Notes under the pieces: model-generated
The model's database searches: none
The model's input: the letters and a program-made list of their open reading frames with translations, nothing else
What the model was told of the DNA's origin: nothing
Shown here: one piece after another, positions 9,239-19,256 of the stretch
How the letters are laid out: each line of letters starts with the position of its first letter
Numbering within the stretch: position 1 is the first letter of the stretch
From: Candidatus Thorarchaeota archaeon
GTDB taxonomy: Archaea; Asgardarchaeota; Thorarchaeia; Thorarchaeales; Thorarchaeaceae
Reading direction: 5' to 3'
NCBI GenBank assembly: GCA_011364985.1
Contig: RDOC01000003.1
Span: 128,001 to 192,000 of the forward strand
Length of the DNA: 64,000 nucleotides
Made by a program: the position numbers and the translations under genes

Positions 9239-10684
9239 ATGTTGGTATGTGATGAAATCAAAGGAATTGATGTGTTTTTCAATGCCCGAAATGTTGCGAT
9301 TTATGGTGCTTCTGCAAGTCAGAACAGTGTAGGACAAGCAATAGTTCAGAATTTCATCAAACCACAGTATACGGGGAAAGTTTATGCAGTGAACCCAAAG
9401 TACACCAATGTTCTGGGAGTCCCGTGTTACCCATCATTACAGGAGATTCCAGAGTCTGTAGACTTGGTCGTGGTAGCTATTCCTGCCAGACTTGCCCCCA
9501 GAGTGTTTGAAGACATAGGGAAAAAGGGTGCCAAGGCGGCCATAGTAATATCCGGAGGGTTCTCTGAAACAGGCCCCAAAGGTGCGGAACTGGAAAACGA
9601 AGTAGTTAAATTGGGCAAGAAGTATGGAACTAGAATCATCGGGCCAAATTGCGTTGGGGTCATTGATACGTCTACACATGTAGACACATTCTTCCTTCCG
9701 GAGTACAGATGTGCGAGACCAAAGGCAAGCAATGTTGCCAATATTGCTCTTGTATCTCAATCTGGAGCATTTGCCGCAGCCATCGCAGACTGGACATCAG
9801 AACTTGGCCTGGGAGTAAGTAAAATCATCAGTCTCGGCAATAAATGTGATGTTGATGACGACGATCTCTTATGCTATCTTGGCGATGACTCATCAACTCA
9901 AGTAATCTGCTACTATACGGAAGGCTATGATGGAAACAAAGGCCGTTCCTTTTTCGATACGGCAAGGGAAATCACACCCCATAAACCTGTGCTTGTAGTG
10001 AAGTCAGGAAGAGGAAGTCGTGCCAAGGCTGCTGCAAGCTCACACACGGGTTCCTTGGCAGGATTGGACAGTGTAGCAGATGCTGCGTACAAGCAGTCAG
10101 GCGTGATACGAGCAGACAATTTTGACCAGATGTTCGACATGGCCAAAGCTCTTGCCATGCAGCCTCCTGCTGAAGGCGATAGGGTACTAATGATCACGAA
10201 TGGGGGAGGGCTGGGCGTCATGACCACTGACGCATTGGAAGCGTTAGGCCTTACCATTCCAAATCCATCTTCTGACTTGGAGAGCAAGCTCCGTGAAGAC
10301 TTGCCCGCATATTGTGCCTTTGGCAATCCATTTGATGTGGTGGGTGATGCAGGCGCAGACAGATATGATGCGATATTCAGAGAAGCCATTCCAAGCGGTG
10401 AATACGACATCTTTGTTGTTGGAATGCTTCTTCAGACCCCAAGCTTGGGTATGGAAATAACCAATATTATTGCCAATTATCAGAAGCAGTCTGGAAAGCC
10501 ATTCGTAGTGATATCGATGGGAGGTGGTTTCACCACCAAGGCGGGAGAGATAATGGAGCTGATGGGTGTACCCACTTTTGCAACAGGAGAGAAAGGCGCA
10601 TTGGCAGCAAAAGCTCTGGCAAGATACGGAGAAATCAGACTAGGAGACAAGTTCAATAAGAGTGCAGGAGCAAAGAAATCATAA
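9239..10684 (+). CDS. acdA: Acetate--CoA ligase (ADP-forming) alpha subunit
   Basis: CoA-binding fold, GPNCVG, SQSGA, phospho-His motif SSHTGSLAG; ATG at 9239 chosen over GTG at 9233. Confidence 0.92.
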   Translation: MLVCDEIKGIDVFFNARNVAIYGASASQNSVGQAIVQNFIKPQYTGKVYAVNPKYTNVLGVPCYPSLQEIPESVDLVVVAIPARLAPRVFEDIGKKGAKAAIVISGGFSETGPKGAELENEVVKLGKKYGTRIIGPNCVGVIDTSTHVDTFFLPEYRCARPKASNVANIALVSQSGAFAAAIADWTSELGLGVSKIISLGNKCDVDDDDLLCYLGDDSSTQVICYYTEGYDGNKGRSFFDTAREITPHKPVLVVKSGRGSRAKAAASSHTGSLAGLDSVADAAYKQSGVIRADNFDQMFDMAKALAMQPPAEGDRVLMITNGGGLGVMTTDALEALGLTIPNPSSDLESKLREDLPAYCAFGNPFDVVGDAGADRYDAIFREAIPSGEYDIFVVGMLLQTPSLGMEITNIIANYQKQSGKPFVVISMGGGFTTKAGEIMELMGVPTFATGEKGALAAKALARYGEIRLGDKFNKSAGAKKS

Positions 10685-10728
10685 ATAAGAGGAACCGCCA
10701 AGCAAACCAAGAAGGGGTCCATCAAGTC

Positions 10729-11475
10729 ATGAAGATTGCCAAACAGATTTTCAAGCAAGCTCTTGAAGAGGGAAGAACCTTTGTTCTTGAACATGAAGCG
10801 AAGGATATAATGAAGGCATATGGGTTACCAGTGCCAGCTTATGATACCGCAACAACAGCTGAAGCAGCAGCAGAGAAGGCCAAGAAGATTGGATTCCCAG
10901 TTGTACTGAAAATACTCTCGAAAGATATTCTTCACAAATCAGATGCCGGCGGCGTCAAAATCGACCTGAAGAGCGAGGAGGAGGTCAAGGAGGCCTTCTC
11001 AACCATAATGGATAACGCCAGAAAATATGGGAAGGAAAAGGGGATTGAGGTAGACCTTAGCAGAGGGGCATTCATCTCTGATTTTGCAGAAATGGGTACC
11101 GAAGTCATTGTTGGTGTTACAAAAGATCCTCAATTTGGACATGCATTGATGTTTGGACTTGGAGGGATATTTGTTGAGATCCTGAAGGATGTAACCTTCC
11201 GATTAATACCTCTCACCGAGATAGATGCTCGAGAGATGATTTCCGAAATAAAGGCTGCCAAGGTATTGGAGGGAGTGAGAGGACAACAGCCCCGCGACGT
11301 GGATGCCTTGGTTGAAATCATTATGGCTGTTTCAAAAATGGTATCGGAGAATCCTGAGATAAATGAGATTGACTGCAATCCCACGTTTCTTTACGAGAGA
11401 GGAAAAGGTGCCTTGGTGGTTGATGCCCGAATTCTAATCGAAAATCCGAATGAGAAGGCAGCATCTAGCCACTGA
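10729..11475 (+). CDS. acdB: Acetate--CoA ligase (ADP-forming) beta subunit (ATP-grasp)
   Basis: HKSDAGGV, DPQFGHALMFGLGGIFVE, EIDCNP; follows acdA. Confidence 0.92.
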   Translation: MKIAKQIFKQALEEGRTFVLEHEAKDIMKAYGLPVPAYDTATTAEAAAEKAKKIGFPVVLKILSKDILHKSDAGGVKIDLKSEEEVKEAFSTIMDNARKYGKEKGIEVDLSRGAFISDFAEMGTEVIVGVTKDPQFGHALMFGLGGIFVEILKDVTFRLIPLTEIDAREMISEIKAAKVLEGVRGQQPRDVDALVEIIMAVSKMVSENPEINEIDCNPTFLYERGKGALVVDARILIENPNEKAASSH

Positions 11476-12661
11476 TGAGATCGTGAAAGAGAACCAAGCT
11501 TCTCTTCAGATCCAAGTCTTGTAAACCTCTGTCACTTGATGCCTTTGTGACTCCAGCCAGTAAGAGCAATAATGCGACCATTCTGGGCACAAGCTTCGCA
11601 TTTTGTAGCAAGAACTCACGGTTCCTCGTAGAGTCCACGAGCAGACCCTCCAGCCGTCGCACAAGGAGAGAGAGCTTCTCATCCACACCAGCATCGAGCT
11701 GTATCTTTCGAAAGAGTGCATTTACTGTTGCTTCGTCCCGGAAATTCTCCTGTGATATGCCAATACTGTTCAATAGCCCCATGGACCCTAGAATAATCGA
11801 ATCGTAATCATCTTCCTCAATCCGTGAGAGTCCTTGCTCCAAGGCCTTGAGCTGAGCTAAAAACTTGAGAGAGTTCGTTAGGATATTTCTTGAAGCACTT
11901 GGCACGGAGAAGGCGATTTTCGCCAGACTTGCTTCATTCAGTCGCTCAAGCCGAGCAGCCACCGAAGACTCCAGTTTTCTCTCGAAGCCCGGGGAAAAGG
12001 CAATCTCTGCAAGCTTGGCAATCTTAGGGTCGGTGGAGATTCGACGGATGGCAGTCAGAGCCTTGAAATCATACAATGGAGTGTAGAAGAGAAGAATTCT
12101 AAGAATATCATAGGCTACCTCAAAATCGCTTTCAGTCGTCACACTACGACCTTGGCTCTTACAGGAAAATCCACTGATGAGAACCCAGCAGGACGCAAAC
12201 CGTTCGCATAATGCCTCGCACGATTTCGTATCGGTGAGTCCGTGATCCTCCAGAAATCGGGCCAGCTTCTCTGCAGCCCCAGCAATGCGTCCGGAAGTCT
12301 CACCCCCTATCTGAACTTGTGATAGAGATAGCATAAACTCTCTGGGGTCTCTTGAAGGAAGCCTAAGCCGAAATCCAGGATCCTCCCTGGTAATGGTCCA
12401 CCATTTGGAGGTAGATGTGAAGTGGTCTAGGATATCAACTGCACCTGTAAGATCGGATATACTAGAGGTGGTACGCCCGTCAAGTATGGTAATCGTTTTA
12501 CATATGGTTTCTAAGAAGTGTGAGAGGTGAATTATGAGCTTTTGACCTGCAAAGACTTGGTGCGAATACCGACCTATGACCGAATCGATATGTGATACAA
12601 TTTCAGTTGGAATTGATGCATCGATCAGTCCTCGATAAATCTCGATTGGGGTCCTTGTCAA
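11465..12661 (-). CDS. Hypothetical protein of four ~100-aa helical repeats (AAA+ lid-like)
   Basis: Recurrent ends: DGRTTSSISDLTGAVDIL, QGRSVTTESDFEVAYDIL, QGLSRIEEDDYDSII, SDRGLQDLDLKRSLVLF. Confidence 0.7.
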   Translation of the reverse strand: MTRTPIEIYRGLIDASIPTEIVSHIDSVIGRYSHQVFAGQKLIIHLSHFLETICKTITILDGRTTSSISDLTGAVDILDHFTSTSKWWTITREDPGFRLRLPSRDPREFMLSLSQVQIGGETSGRIAGAAEKLARFLEDHGLTDTKSCEALCERFASCWVLISGFSCKSQGRSVTTESDFEVAYDILRILLFYTPLYDFKALTAIRRISTDPKIAKLAEIAFSPGFERKLESSVAARLERLNEASLAKIAFSVPSASRNILTNSLKFLAQLKALEQGLSRIEEDDYDSIILGSMGLLNSIGISQENFRDEATVNALFRKIQLDAGVDEKLSLLVRRLEGLLVDSTRNREFLLQNAKLVPRMVALLLLLAGVTKASSDRGLQDLDLKRSLVLFHDLISG

Positions 12662-12749
12662 GGCTTTATGGCCTCCTCCGCTTCTTCAAGGGGGAAGGTC
12701 ATGAATATCATATAAAATACTGTGTAACCTATTGAACTCCGCTTGGAAT

Positions 12750-13517
12750 TCATTGTCCGAAACGTCTTGACCGCTGCTGGTATGAACGCAGCGCTCTCCA
12801 AATATCGATTCTCCTCACAGCAGGCCAGTATATCTGTGCGAAATAGAGCTCGGAATAAGCTGATTGCCAAAGAAGAAATCCGGAAAGCCGCTCTTCACCT
12901 GAAGTACGTATTATAAGATCTGGGTCTGGAACTCCATTAGTATATAGATGACTCTCTATTACTTCTTCATTAATCTTATCAGGCTCAAGGTCTCCCGCTT
13001 GAATCTTCTGGCCAATAGCCCGGATTGCATCAACTAACTCAGCCCTACCAGAATAGCCAATGGCGACATTGAGAATGTGGTCCTTGTACCCCGTGGTTTC
13101 GTGCTGGGCCTGTACTATTGCGTCTTGGACTTCCTTAGGCAATAGGTCAACGCGGCCAATAGCTCTGATTCTTACTCTATGCCTATGAACATCTGGATTG
13201 CCAACGACCTCAGAGAATTTCTCCTTGGCTATGGCCATAATCTCCTCGACTTCATTCTTTTTCCGTTGGAAGTTCTCAATTGAGAAAGCATAGAGAGTGC
13301 ACACCTTAACGTTGGCCTCCCAGAGTATCTTCAAGACCTCCATGACTTTCTGGGCACCCTTATGATGACCAAACCAAGGAACATTCATGCCATGTTCTCT
13401 AGCGTAACGGCGGTTCCCATCAAGAATAATCCCAACATGACGCGGTGCGTGGTCCTTATCCAACTGACGGTGCAGAAAGTATTCGTACAGCCTATAGACG
13501 GGGCCAGCCAAGTTCAA
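12750..13517 (-). CDS. uppS: cis-prenyltransferase (polyprenyl diphosphate synthase)
   Basis: HVGIILDGNRRYA, YAFSIENF, DPDLIIRTSGEERLSGFLLWQSAYSEL. Confidence 0.95.
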   Translation of the reverse strand: MNLAGPVYRLYEYFLHRQLDKDHAPRHVGIILDGNRRYAREHGMNVPWFGHHKGAQKVMEVLKILWEANVKVCTLYAFSIENFQRKKNEVEEIMAIAKEKFSEVVGNPDVHRHRVRIRAIGRVDLLPKEVQDAIVQAQHETTGYKDHILNVAIGYSGRAELVDAIRAIGQKIQAGDLEPDKINEEVIESHLYTNGVPDPDLIIRTSGEERLSGFLLWQSAYSELYFAQIYWPAVRRIDIWRALRSYQQRSRRFGQ

Positions 13518-13591
13518 TAAACAGCACTTCCCAGTTCATGATGAATCAGCGGATGTGTCTTAATAGCCTTGATGCTAGGTGAGCATGTGTA

Positions 13592-13963
13592 CTATATCAT
13601 CTGAGACACCTTATCGGCAGCTCTCTTCATCTCAAGAAAGACCATTCCGAGCTTGGCACTTGCAGTTGTTGAAACCGTTAGGCAGGCATTCATTCCAGCT
13701 TGAACAACAAGCAGCCACCCGTCAACGCCCTTGATATTCACTTGCTCAAGATTCCCCTTTCCAAGCTCTATTGCGGCCTTTTCACCAAGCGTAAGCATTG
13801 CTGCAGTCATCGCAGCAACCTTAGCCTCATCAACATCCGTTGGCAAGGCAGATACAATGGGGAGCCCTTCAACACTCACTATTGCGCATGCCTCAATCTC
13901 AGGTATGCTACCCTGCAGCTCATTCAGCACGCTTTCCAATGTATCTCCGCGGCTCTCTGCCAT
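13592..13963 (-). CDS. Roadblock/LC7 (MglB-like) protein
   Basis: IVSVEGLPIVSALP, VAAMTAAMLTLGEK; ATG at 13963 (MAES). Confidence 0.9.
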   Translation of the reverse strand: MAESRGDTLESVLNELQGSIPEIEACAIVSVEGLPIVSALPTDVDEAKVAAMTAAMLTLGEKAAIELGKGNLEQVNIKGVDGWLLVVQAGMNACLTVSTTASAKLGMVFLEMKRAADKVSQMI

Positions 13964-13983
13964 TAATTTCACCTAATTGATTA

Positions 13984-14547
13984 TCATTTGTACATCCTTT
14001 TCAGGATGACCTCTCGCGCTATTGCCTGAAAGGCTCTTTTAACTCCTACACCCTGAACAGCAATAGTCTCGTATATCGGAACATTTCCCCCCAGACCCAG
14101 TAGGTCAAGCATCTCATCCCGGGACATCCTGTTGGGTAGATCACGCTTGTTAAGCATGACGACAATCGGAATCTCACGTCCTAGAGCATCACCCAAAAAG
14201 AGCTTTAGCTCTTCGAAACTCTCAGTGTTCTCATCTCGCTGATCTGGCGAAGAGTCGGCAACAAAGAGAATTCCGTCTGTGCCTTGTAACACCACCTTTC
14301 TCTGGTGCCTGTGTCTCTTCTGTCCAGCTACTGTGAATACATCGAAGAGTACACGACCTCCTGCACTCATGGGAACATAATCAAAGAATAATGTGCGGTT
14401 AGTTTCATCTTCGATTGCAGTGAACTCTCCCTTTTGCAGACCCTCCACTTTTCCATAGAGCCACCTGAGAGCTGTGGTCTTACCGCCAAGGGATGGTCCG
14501 TAGAAGACAAGCTTGAGATGTATGCGACCTTGGACGTCCTTCCGCAC
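13984..14547 (-). CDS. MglA-type small GTPase
   Basis: G1 GPSLGGKTT, RTLFFD, TVAGQ (MglA-type G3), NKRD. Confidence 0.9.
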   Translation of the reverse strand: MRKDVQGRIHLKLVFYGPSLGGKTTALRWLYGKVEGLQKGEFTAIEDETNRTLFFDYVPMSAGGRVLFDVFTVAGQKRHRHQRKVVLQGTDGILFVADSSPDQRDENTESFEELKLFLGDALGREIPIVVMLNKRDLPNRMSRDEMLDLLGLGGNVPIYETIAVQGVGVKRAFQAIAREVILKRMYK

Positions 14548-14875
14548 TATCTAGTCACCTCTATCGAATTTTCGCCCGCGAATGTTGGGTTTCTCTTCGT
14601 CACCGTCCGTTCACCTGATTTCCCCGAAAGAGGATGCTAGCACTGCTTCTAAGATCCGAGTTTGAATTCTAGGAAATTGAAGTCCAATAAAAGCCTTTGT
14701 GGCACGAGGAGGTTTCACGGGAAATCTTCATCATGAGCTTGACCCTTCAACTCAATATGAACTGCACAGTGGTGTTGCCAAGCGCAATACAACTGTGTGT
14801 GTTATGTTCGAAGTAGCATGCGCTCAAGTTTAAGCAAGATTGGCTTTTCGTGCTACAATGAACTCATGACTGTTA

Positions 14876-15757
14876 TTATACACTCTCTTTCTTGATGTTT
14901 CTTCTATGATAGACAAGAATCACGATCACTCCGAGCAGCGATAGTCCAATTTCGACCAAGGGCAATCGCAAACCATAGACTGCAACCCACTCATTTAGAT
15001 AGTAGCATCTGAAGTAACCAGAAAGATCAAACCCGTCACCAGACTCACTTCCGCTTATTTGGAAATGCGCCAGCGATTCGTTTCCCTTGTATAAGAGGAC
15101 TGGGAGGCGTTCTGATAAGAACTGGTAGTGCCATTCTCCTTGAATTGTCAGGTTCAGTGAATTAAGGAATGGTATTGTGAATGATACAATTGTGTGAGTC
15201 ATATTTTGGGTATCAGAATCATTGACTATGGTCATTAGGAATAAGACTCTTAGCGTATTATTGTCATAAGCCAAGAGGTCCACGTCCTTAGATAGAGAAC
15301 GAACCTGAATTGTTGATTCGTTGATTAGCATATTCTGAAGGCCATCCAGAATGTACACTTCCTTTGATAAATCGGAAGACGCGATTATCCACGATGTAAA
15401 GTTGAATCTAAATTCGTAACGGGCACCCGGGATTGTAGTATATTCCCGAAAGCCCTGTTTTGTCCCATCTAATAGATTTCTACCGAATGCAACCTGATGC
15501 AAGATGGTGAAACTTCTCATTTCAGTTATTCCTGAAAATGATTGATTCCCTGGTGATGTAATATTGGAACAAAGTGGGAATCCAAATTCATCTAATGGAG
15601 GATCTTGAAGGCGGCCGCCATTTCTGACCAATGCATCGACGGTACCTAGAGCCATTCTTTCGTGACTATAGTCAAAATCAATAGTATACACGCCAAGCAA
15701 CAAAATACCCAGCAAAATAACTACGGTCATCATGAGGATAATCTTGCTATGTTTCAC
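14876..15757 (-). CDS. Membrane-anchored extracellular protein of unknown function
   Basis: N- and C-terminal TM helices, many N-x-S/T sequons. Confidence 0.7.
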   Translation of the reverse strand: MKHSKIILMMTVVILLGILLLGVYTIDFDYSHERMALGTVDALVRNGGRLQDPPLDEFGFPLCSNITSPGNQSFSGITEMRSFTILHQVAFGRNLLDGTKQGFREYTTIPGARYEFRFNFTSWIIASSDLSKEVYILDGLQNMLINESTIQVRSLSKDVDLLAYDNNTLRVLFLMTIVNDSDTQNMTHTIVSFTIPFLNSLNLTIQGEWHYQFLSERLPVLLYKGNESLAHFQISGSESGDGFDLSGYFRCYYLNEWVAVYGLRLPLVEIGLSLLGVIVILVYHRRNIKKESV

Positions 15758-15821
15758 TTTGTTTCTCCATCAAGAAAAAAGAGAGAAAGGAGATGTAAAT
15801 ACATACCCTACTCAGAGTTTG

Positions 15822-16414
15822 TCATCCATCTAGAGTGAAGTACTTCCCTTCTGAGACTAAGATAAAATCTATGTGTTTAGGATTATATTGGATTGTCTTG
15901 AAATGCAAGAACATGCTTTCTCTAAGAAGCAATTCAGCATAGGAATCGTCTGAGTGTTCTAGTAAGTTCAAAATATCTCCACTTAGACTGTGCTATGCAG
16001 ATGTTAGAACTAGATTCATGACATCAAATTCAGGTGATTTCTTGGTGTCAATGCCTATGTAATCCAGTTTATGATTGGCCGTCCATCTTAGACGAATATT
16101 CACATTATTTGTTCATCTGGAACTAAATCAATGAGATTATCCGGAGTTAGATTTCTACTAGCCCAACTGATTCTTGGAATAATCACACCAACCTCTTGAT
16201 ATCTGGAGTCAGTAAGAAGACCGACATATATCGAGAATTTCGTGCCTGCATCTGCCCTAAAAACCAGTTTAGCACCATCTGTAGGAGTTCGGGTTCTGAA
16301 AGAACAATATAGAACATCGCCAGCAACCCTCTCGAAACATAGACCATCCTCTCTCTGCAGGAGATGGATTACAGAGGCGCCAGATTCCGAAACAGCTGAT
16401 TCTGCAGCCTCTGT
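15822..16414 (-). pseudogene. 5'-truncated remnant of a beta-rich (surface-protein-like) gene
   Basis: Protein-like reading (...RLRWTANHKLDYIGIDT...SA*HSLSGDILNLLEHSDDSYAEL...FILVSEGKYFTLDG*) with a frameshift near 16110, internal TAG at 15993-15995 and no start. Confidence 0.6.
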
Positions 16415-16429
16415 GTATTATGTTTGAAA

Positions 16430-16900
16430 TCACACTCGCTCAAGCTCTGCCAAAGCAGACTTGAGATCCTCTTCGTCAAGTTCCTTATCTTTTCCTCCAG
16501 GGGCAATTGGTTCGACTGCAAGGAACTTGTCGAGTTCATCAGCAAGTTGTACACCCTGCTTCTTCATAACAAGACGAATCAAGCCAATGTTGACTTCTGC
16601 CTCAGATACGACGCAGAGTACGCCTTTGCCACAGGCCGATGCGAAAATTTTGCCCTCGCTGAACTCCGATGTGACAATCTCCAATTCTCCAATTTGGAGG
16701 TTCACACCCTGTTCTTCGCTGGCGCAGAATACAGCACTAGCAATCGCACCAATTGAGTCTACGTCGACAGGGTAGTAAGAGAGCTTACTCACATTGGCAA
16801 TTGTTAGTCCTGTCTTGTCAACCAGAATTACTTTCTTGATCCCCTTGTCCTGCCTGATGATCTCAGTCAGGATCTTATCGAAAGCTTTTGGATCGCTCAT
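16430..16900 (-). CDS. Roadblock/LC7 protein with acidic C-terminal extension
   Basis: LVDKTGLTIA, IGAIASAVF, NIGLIRLVMK. Confidence 0.88.
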   Translation of the reverse strand: MSDPKAFDKILTEIIRQDKGIKKVILVDKTGLTIANVSKLSYYPVDVDSIGAIASAVFCASEEQGVNLQIGELEIVTSEFSEGKIFASACGKGVLCVVSEAEVNIGLIRLVMKKQGVQLADELDKFLAVEPIAPGGKDKELDEEDLKSALAELERV

Positions 16901-16917
16901 TCCACTATATCCCCATA

Positions 16918-17214
16918 CTAATTCTTCTTGAGGACCACTAATATCAGGCCCTCCTTTTCATCAGGTGCGATGTTTATTTGTCCGTGTGTTGTGTCCAACG
17001 TGAGGAAGGACAGCGACCCCTCGCGAAGAAGGCGCACCGCATCCAGTGCTTTTCCCACGAGAGAGGTGATGATTGCAGCGATGTTTTCGGTTGTGTCAGA
17101 GTCAAGATCACTGCTTAGCGGCAGTCCTTCCATGGTAGTAATCACTACTCCTCGGACGCCGTCCTGTGCCTTTAGCTTTGACAGGACTTTCTGTAGTTTT
17201 TCTTGACTTATCAA
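16918..17214 (-). CDS. Roadblock/LC7 (dynein light chain roadblock-like) protein
   Basis: GVRGVVITTMEGLPLSSDL; 98 aa. Confidence 0.88.
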   Translation of the reverse strand: MISQEKLQKVLSKLKAQDGVRGVVITTMEGLPLSSDLDSDTTENIAAIITSLVGKALDAVRLLREGSLSFLTLDTTHGQINIAPDEKEGLILVVLKKN

Positions 17215-17397
17215 CCTACGGTGCTCCGCTGTATCATTTGGGCACTTGCCAAATTCCTACGCCGCAGTTGGGTATTTTAGGATTACCGTGATATTGGTTA
17301 GGCAGCTGAGCCCGTTTGCGCAAAAGATTGCGCAATTTTGCCAACAACGGTGTTACCCTAGTAATATATCAATGATAAGCTAAAAGAAAGAGAGATG

Positions 17398-17419
17398 AGT
17401 GACGCATCTAAGCGTCACT
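17398..17419 (-). terminator. Hairpin followed by pyrimidine/T-rich tract downstream of the vWA gene
   Basis: AGTGACGC-ATCTAA-GCGTCACT inverted repeat, then CTCTCTTTCTTTT on the minus strand. Confidence 0.45.
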
Positions 17420-17430
17420 GCATCATTGGA

Positions 17431-19062
17431 TTACGCTTTGTCCTCGTCTTCAAATATCTTCTTTGAACTTCTCTTCATCTGAGCAAGGTTTTCCACGGCA
17501 GACATGTCAGCTGCTGCAGAGGGGGCTGCTCCACCTGCAGGAGCTTCTCTCATGCGTTCTTCTTGACGCACGAGCTCCTCCTCTTCCGCAGCCAATACGT
17601 TGTCTGCCTTTTCAAGCATCTGCTGAACAGGCGCTGGAGCTGCTCGGGCTCGAGCCTTCATAGCTGATCTAAAGGCAGAGAGACGCTTCTTGCCTTTTTC
17701 TCTGTCACCCCTAACGGCATCTTCACCAGCCTTCTGAGTAACAAAGGTAGCACCCACTGTGGGGTCAAGGGATTTCATAATCTCCTCTTCCTTGTCTGAA
17801 ACCCGAAGCCTTGTTGTGACCGCACGAACCCTTCGCGCACCATCGTTGTCGGTATAGGCAACTTGAACTTGGATGGGAATCTCCTGATCATTGATCTTGG
17901 CAGAGGGCTCTACCTCAAAGTAGAGCTCATGATCCTCTCCAACGACCCCGATTTTGCCCCCACTCTTTTTCTTGAGTTCATCAAGAACCACACGAGAGGC
18001 TCCAGATGCGTCCTTCACCTTAACGCCCGCAGGAGTTACGAGCTTGACTTCTACATCACGACCTAGCATTGCAGACCCCGCTAGTTCTGAAAGACTTCGA
18101 TCGAGCTCATTTGGTGTGACATAGTACATTGTCCCACCCGTTATCTCGGGCATGAGACCAAGGGTCTTCAATTCCATTCCACCACCGGAAGCGATACCAA
18201 CGACATCGACAGCTGTTCCAAGGTCCAAGAACCTCCTTCCAATATTCTCGTAGAATTTGGAACCAGGCGTGACCTGATAACCCTCAAGCGCACCGATGCC
18301 CTCGTTGGCAAGGCCGTCGGTAAGCAGAACCACACGTCCAACATTACGATGTTTCGATATAGTACTGGCCATTGCAACAGCAGGTCCGAGGGCTGTGCCG
18401 CCTTGGTCGCGTAGTGCACGAACATGGTTCTTTAGCTTGTCAGCATTCTTTCCAACGTGAACAAGCCGTATCTTGTCCAATAGATTCTTTGTTGCTTCAT
18501 CAATGTCCTTGAGACTCATGAATGAACTTGTCGGCAATTCAACTGGATGACCGGTTTCTAAATCTCGTGCAACAACTGTGCTCTCGAACTCGATCAGACC
18601 GAACATGGTATCGGGAGCATTTACTGCTAGGCTATCTATCGAAGTTGTAAGGCTTCTCTTAACAGCTGAAAGATTCTCCCCAGCCATCGAGCCGGAAACA
18701 TCGATTAGAGCCAAAAATGATCTACCACCAGCAGAAACTTCACCTATGGCAGTCTTCGTCGCTTCAGGTGGTAGCTCGATGACGAAGTCAGTTTCATCCC
18801 CCGCAGCAACGACTTCGCCTTCAATAACATTCAGAGTTCCACAAAATGGACAAAGAAAATGTCGTCCGACTTTCGGATCATCCCTGATCTGATCCGTGCT
18901 AATTAGAAAGCCATTGCATTTGTGGCAGGCAATAGGCTTCCCGACGATTTTGGTCGTTTCGCGTGCTAGCTCTCCAAACTCAATACGGAGAACATAAGGG
19001 ATGTCACTCATGACGCCTTTAGAGGCTGGAAAAGTCTTTGAGCTGGTTCTTAGTAAAGGCAT
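17431..19062 (-). CDS. Sec23/Sec24-like protein (Zn finger + vWA trunk + beta-sandwich)
   Basis: CHKC...CPFCGTLN Zn finger; MIDAS DVSGS, GGTALGPA, LLTDGLANEG; QVQVAYTDNDGARRVRAVT beta-sandwich motif. Confidence 0.8.
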   Translation of the reverse strand: MPLLRTSSKTFPASKGVMSDIPYVLRIEFGELARETTKIVGKPIACHKCNGFLISTDQIRDDPKVGRHFLCPFCGTLNVIEGEVVAAGDETDFVIELPPEATKTAIGEVSAGGRSFLALIDVSGSMAGENLSAVKRSLTTSIDSLAVNAPDTMFGLIEFESTVVARDLETGHPVELPTSSFMSLKDIDEATKNLLDKIRLVHVGKNADKLKNHVRALRDQGGTALGPAVAMASTISKHRNVGRVVLLTDGLANEGIGALEGYQVTPGSKFYENIGRRFLDLGTAVDVVGIASGGGMELKTLGLMPEITGGTMYYVTPNELDRSLSELAGSAMLGRDVEVKLVTPAGVKVKDASGASRVVLDELKKKSGGKIGVVGEDHELYFEVEPSAKINDQEIPIQVQVAYTDNDGARRVRAVTTRLRVSDKEEEIMKSLDPTVGATFVTQKAGEDAVRGDREKGKKRLSAFRSAMKARARAAPAPVQQMLEKADNVLAAEEEELVRQEERMREAPAGGAAPSAAADMSAVENLAQMKRSSKKIFEDEDKA

Positions 19063-19256
19063 GTAAAATCGACCTCAGAAGTTGTTTCATAATCGACAAT
19101 TGTGGTTTTAAGGGTTCGTCGGAACTATCAGCATGAAATCGAATACAGGAGACTCTATTCTTGGCAGCTAATCAATGACCAACACAGAAAATATAAGCGC
19201 ATCATCTGCCAGAACAGAGTAGATGAAATACTCCCACCCACGGAGGAAATGTTGAG

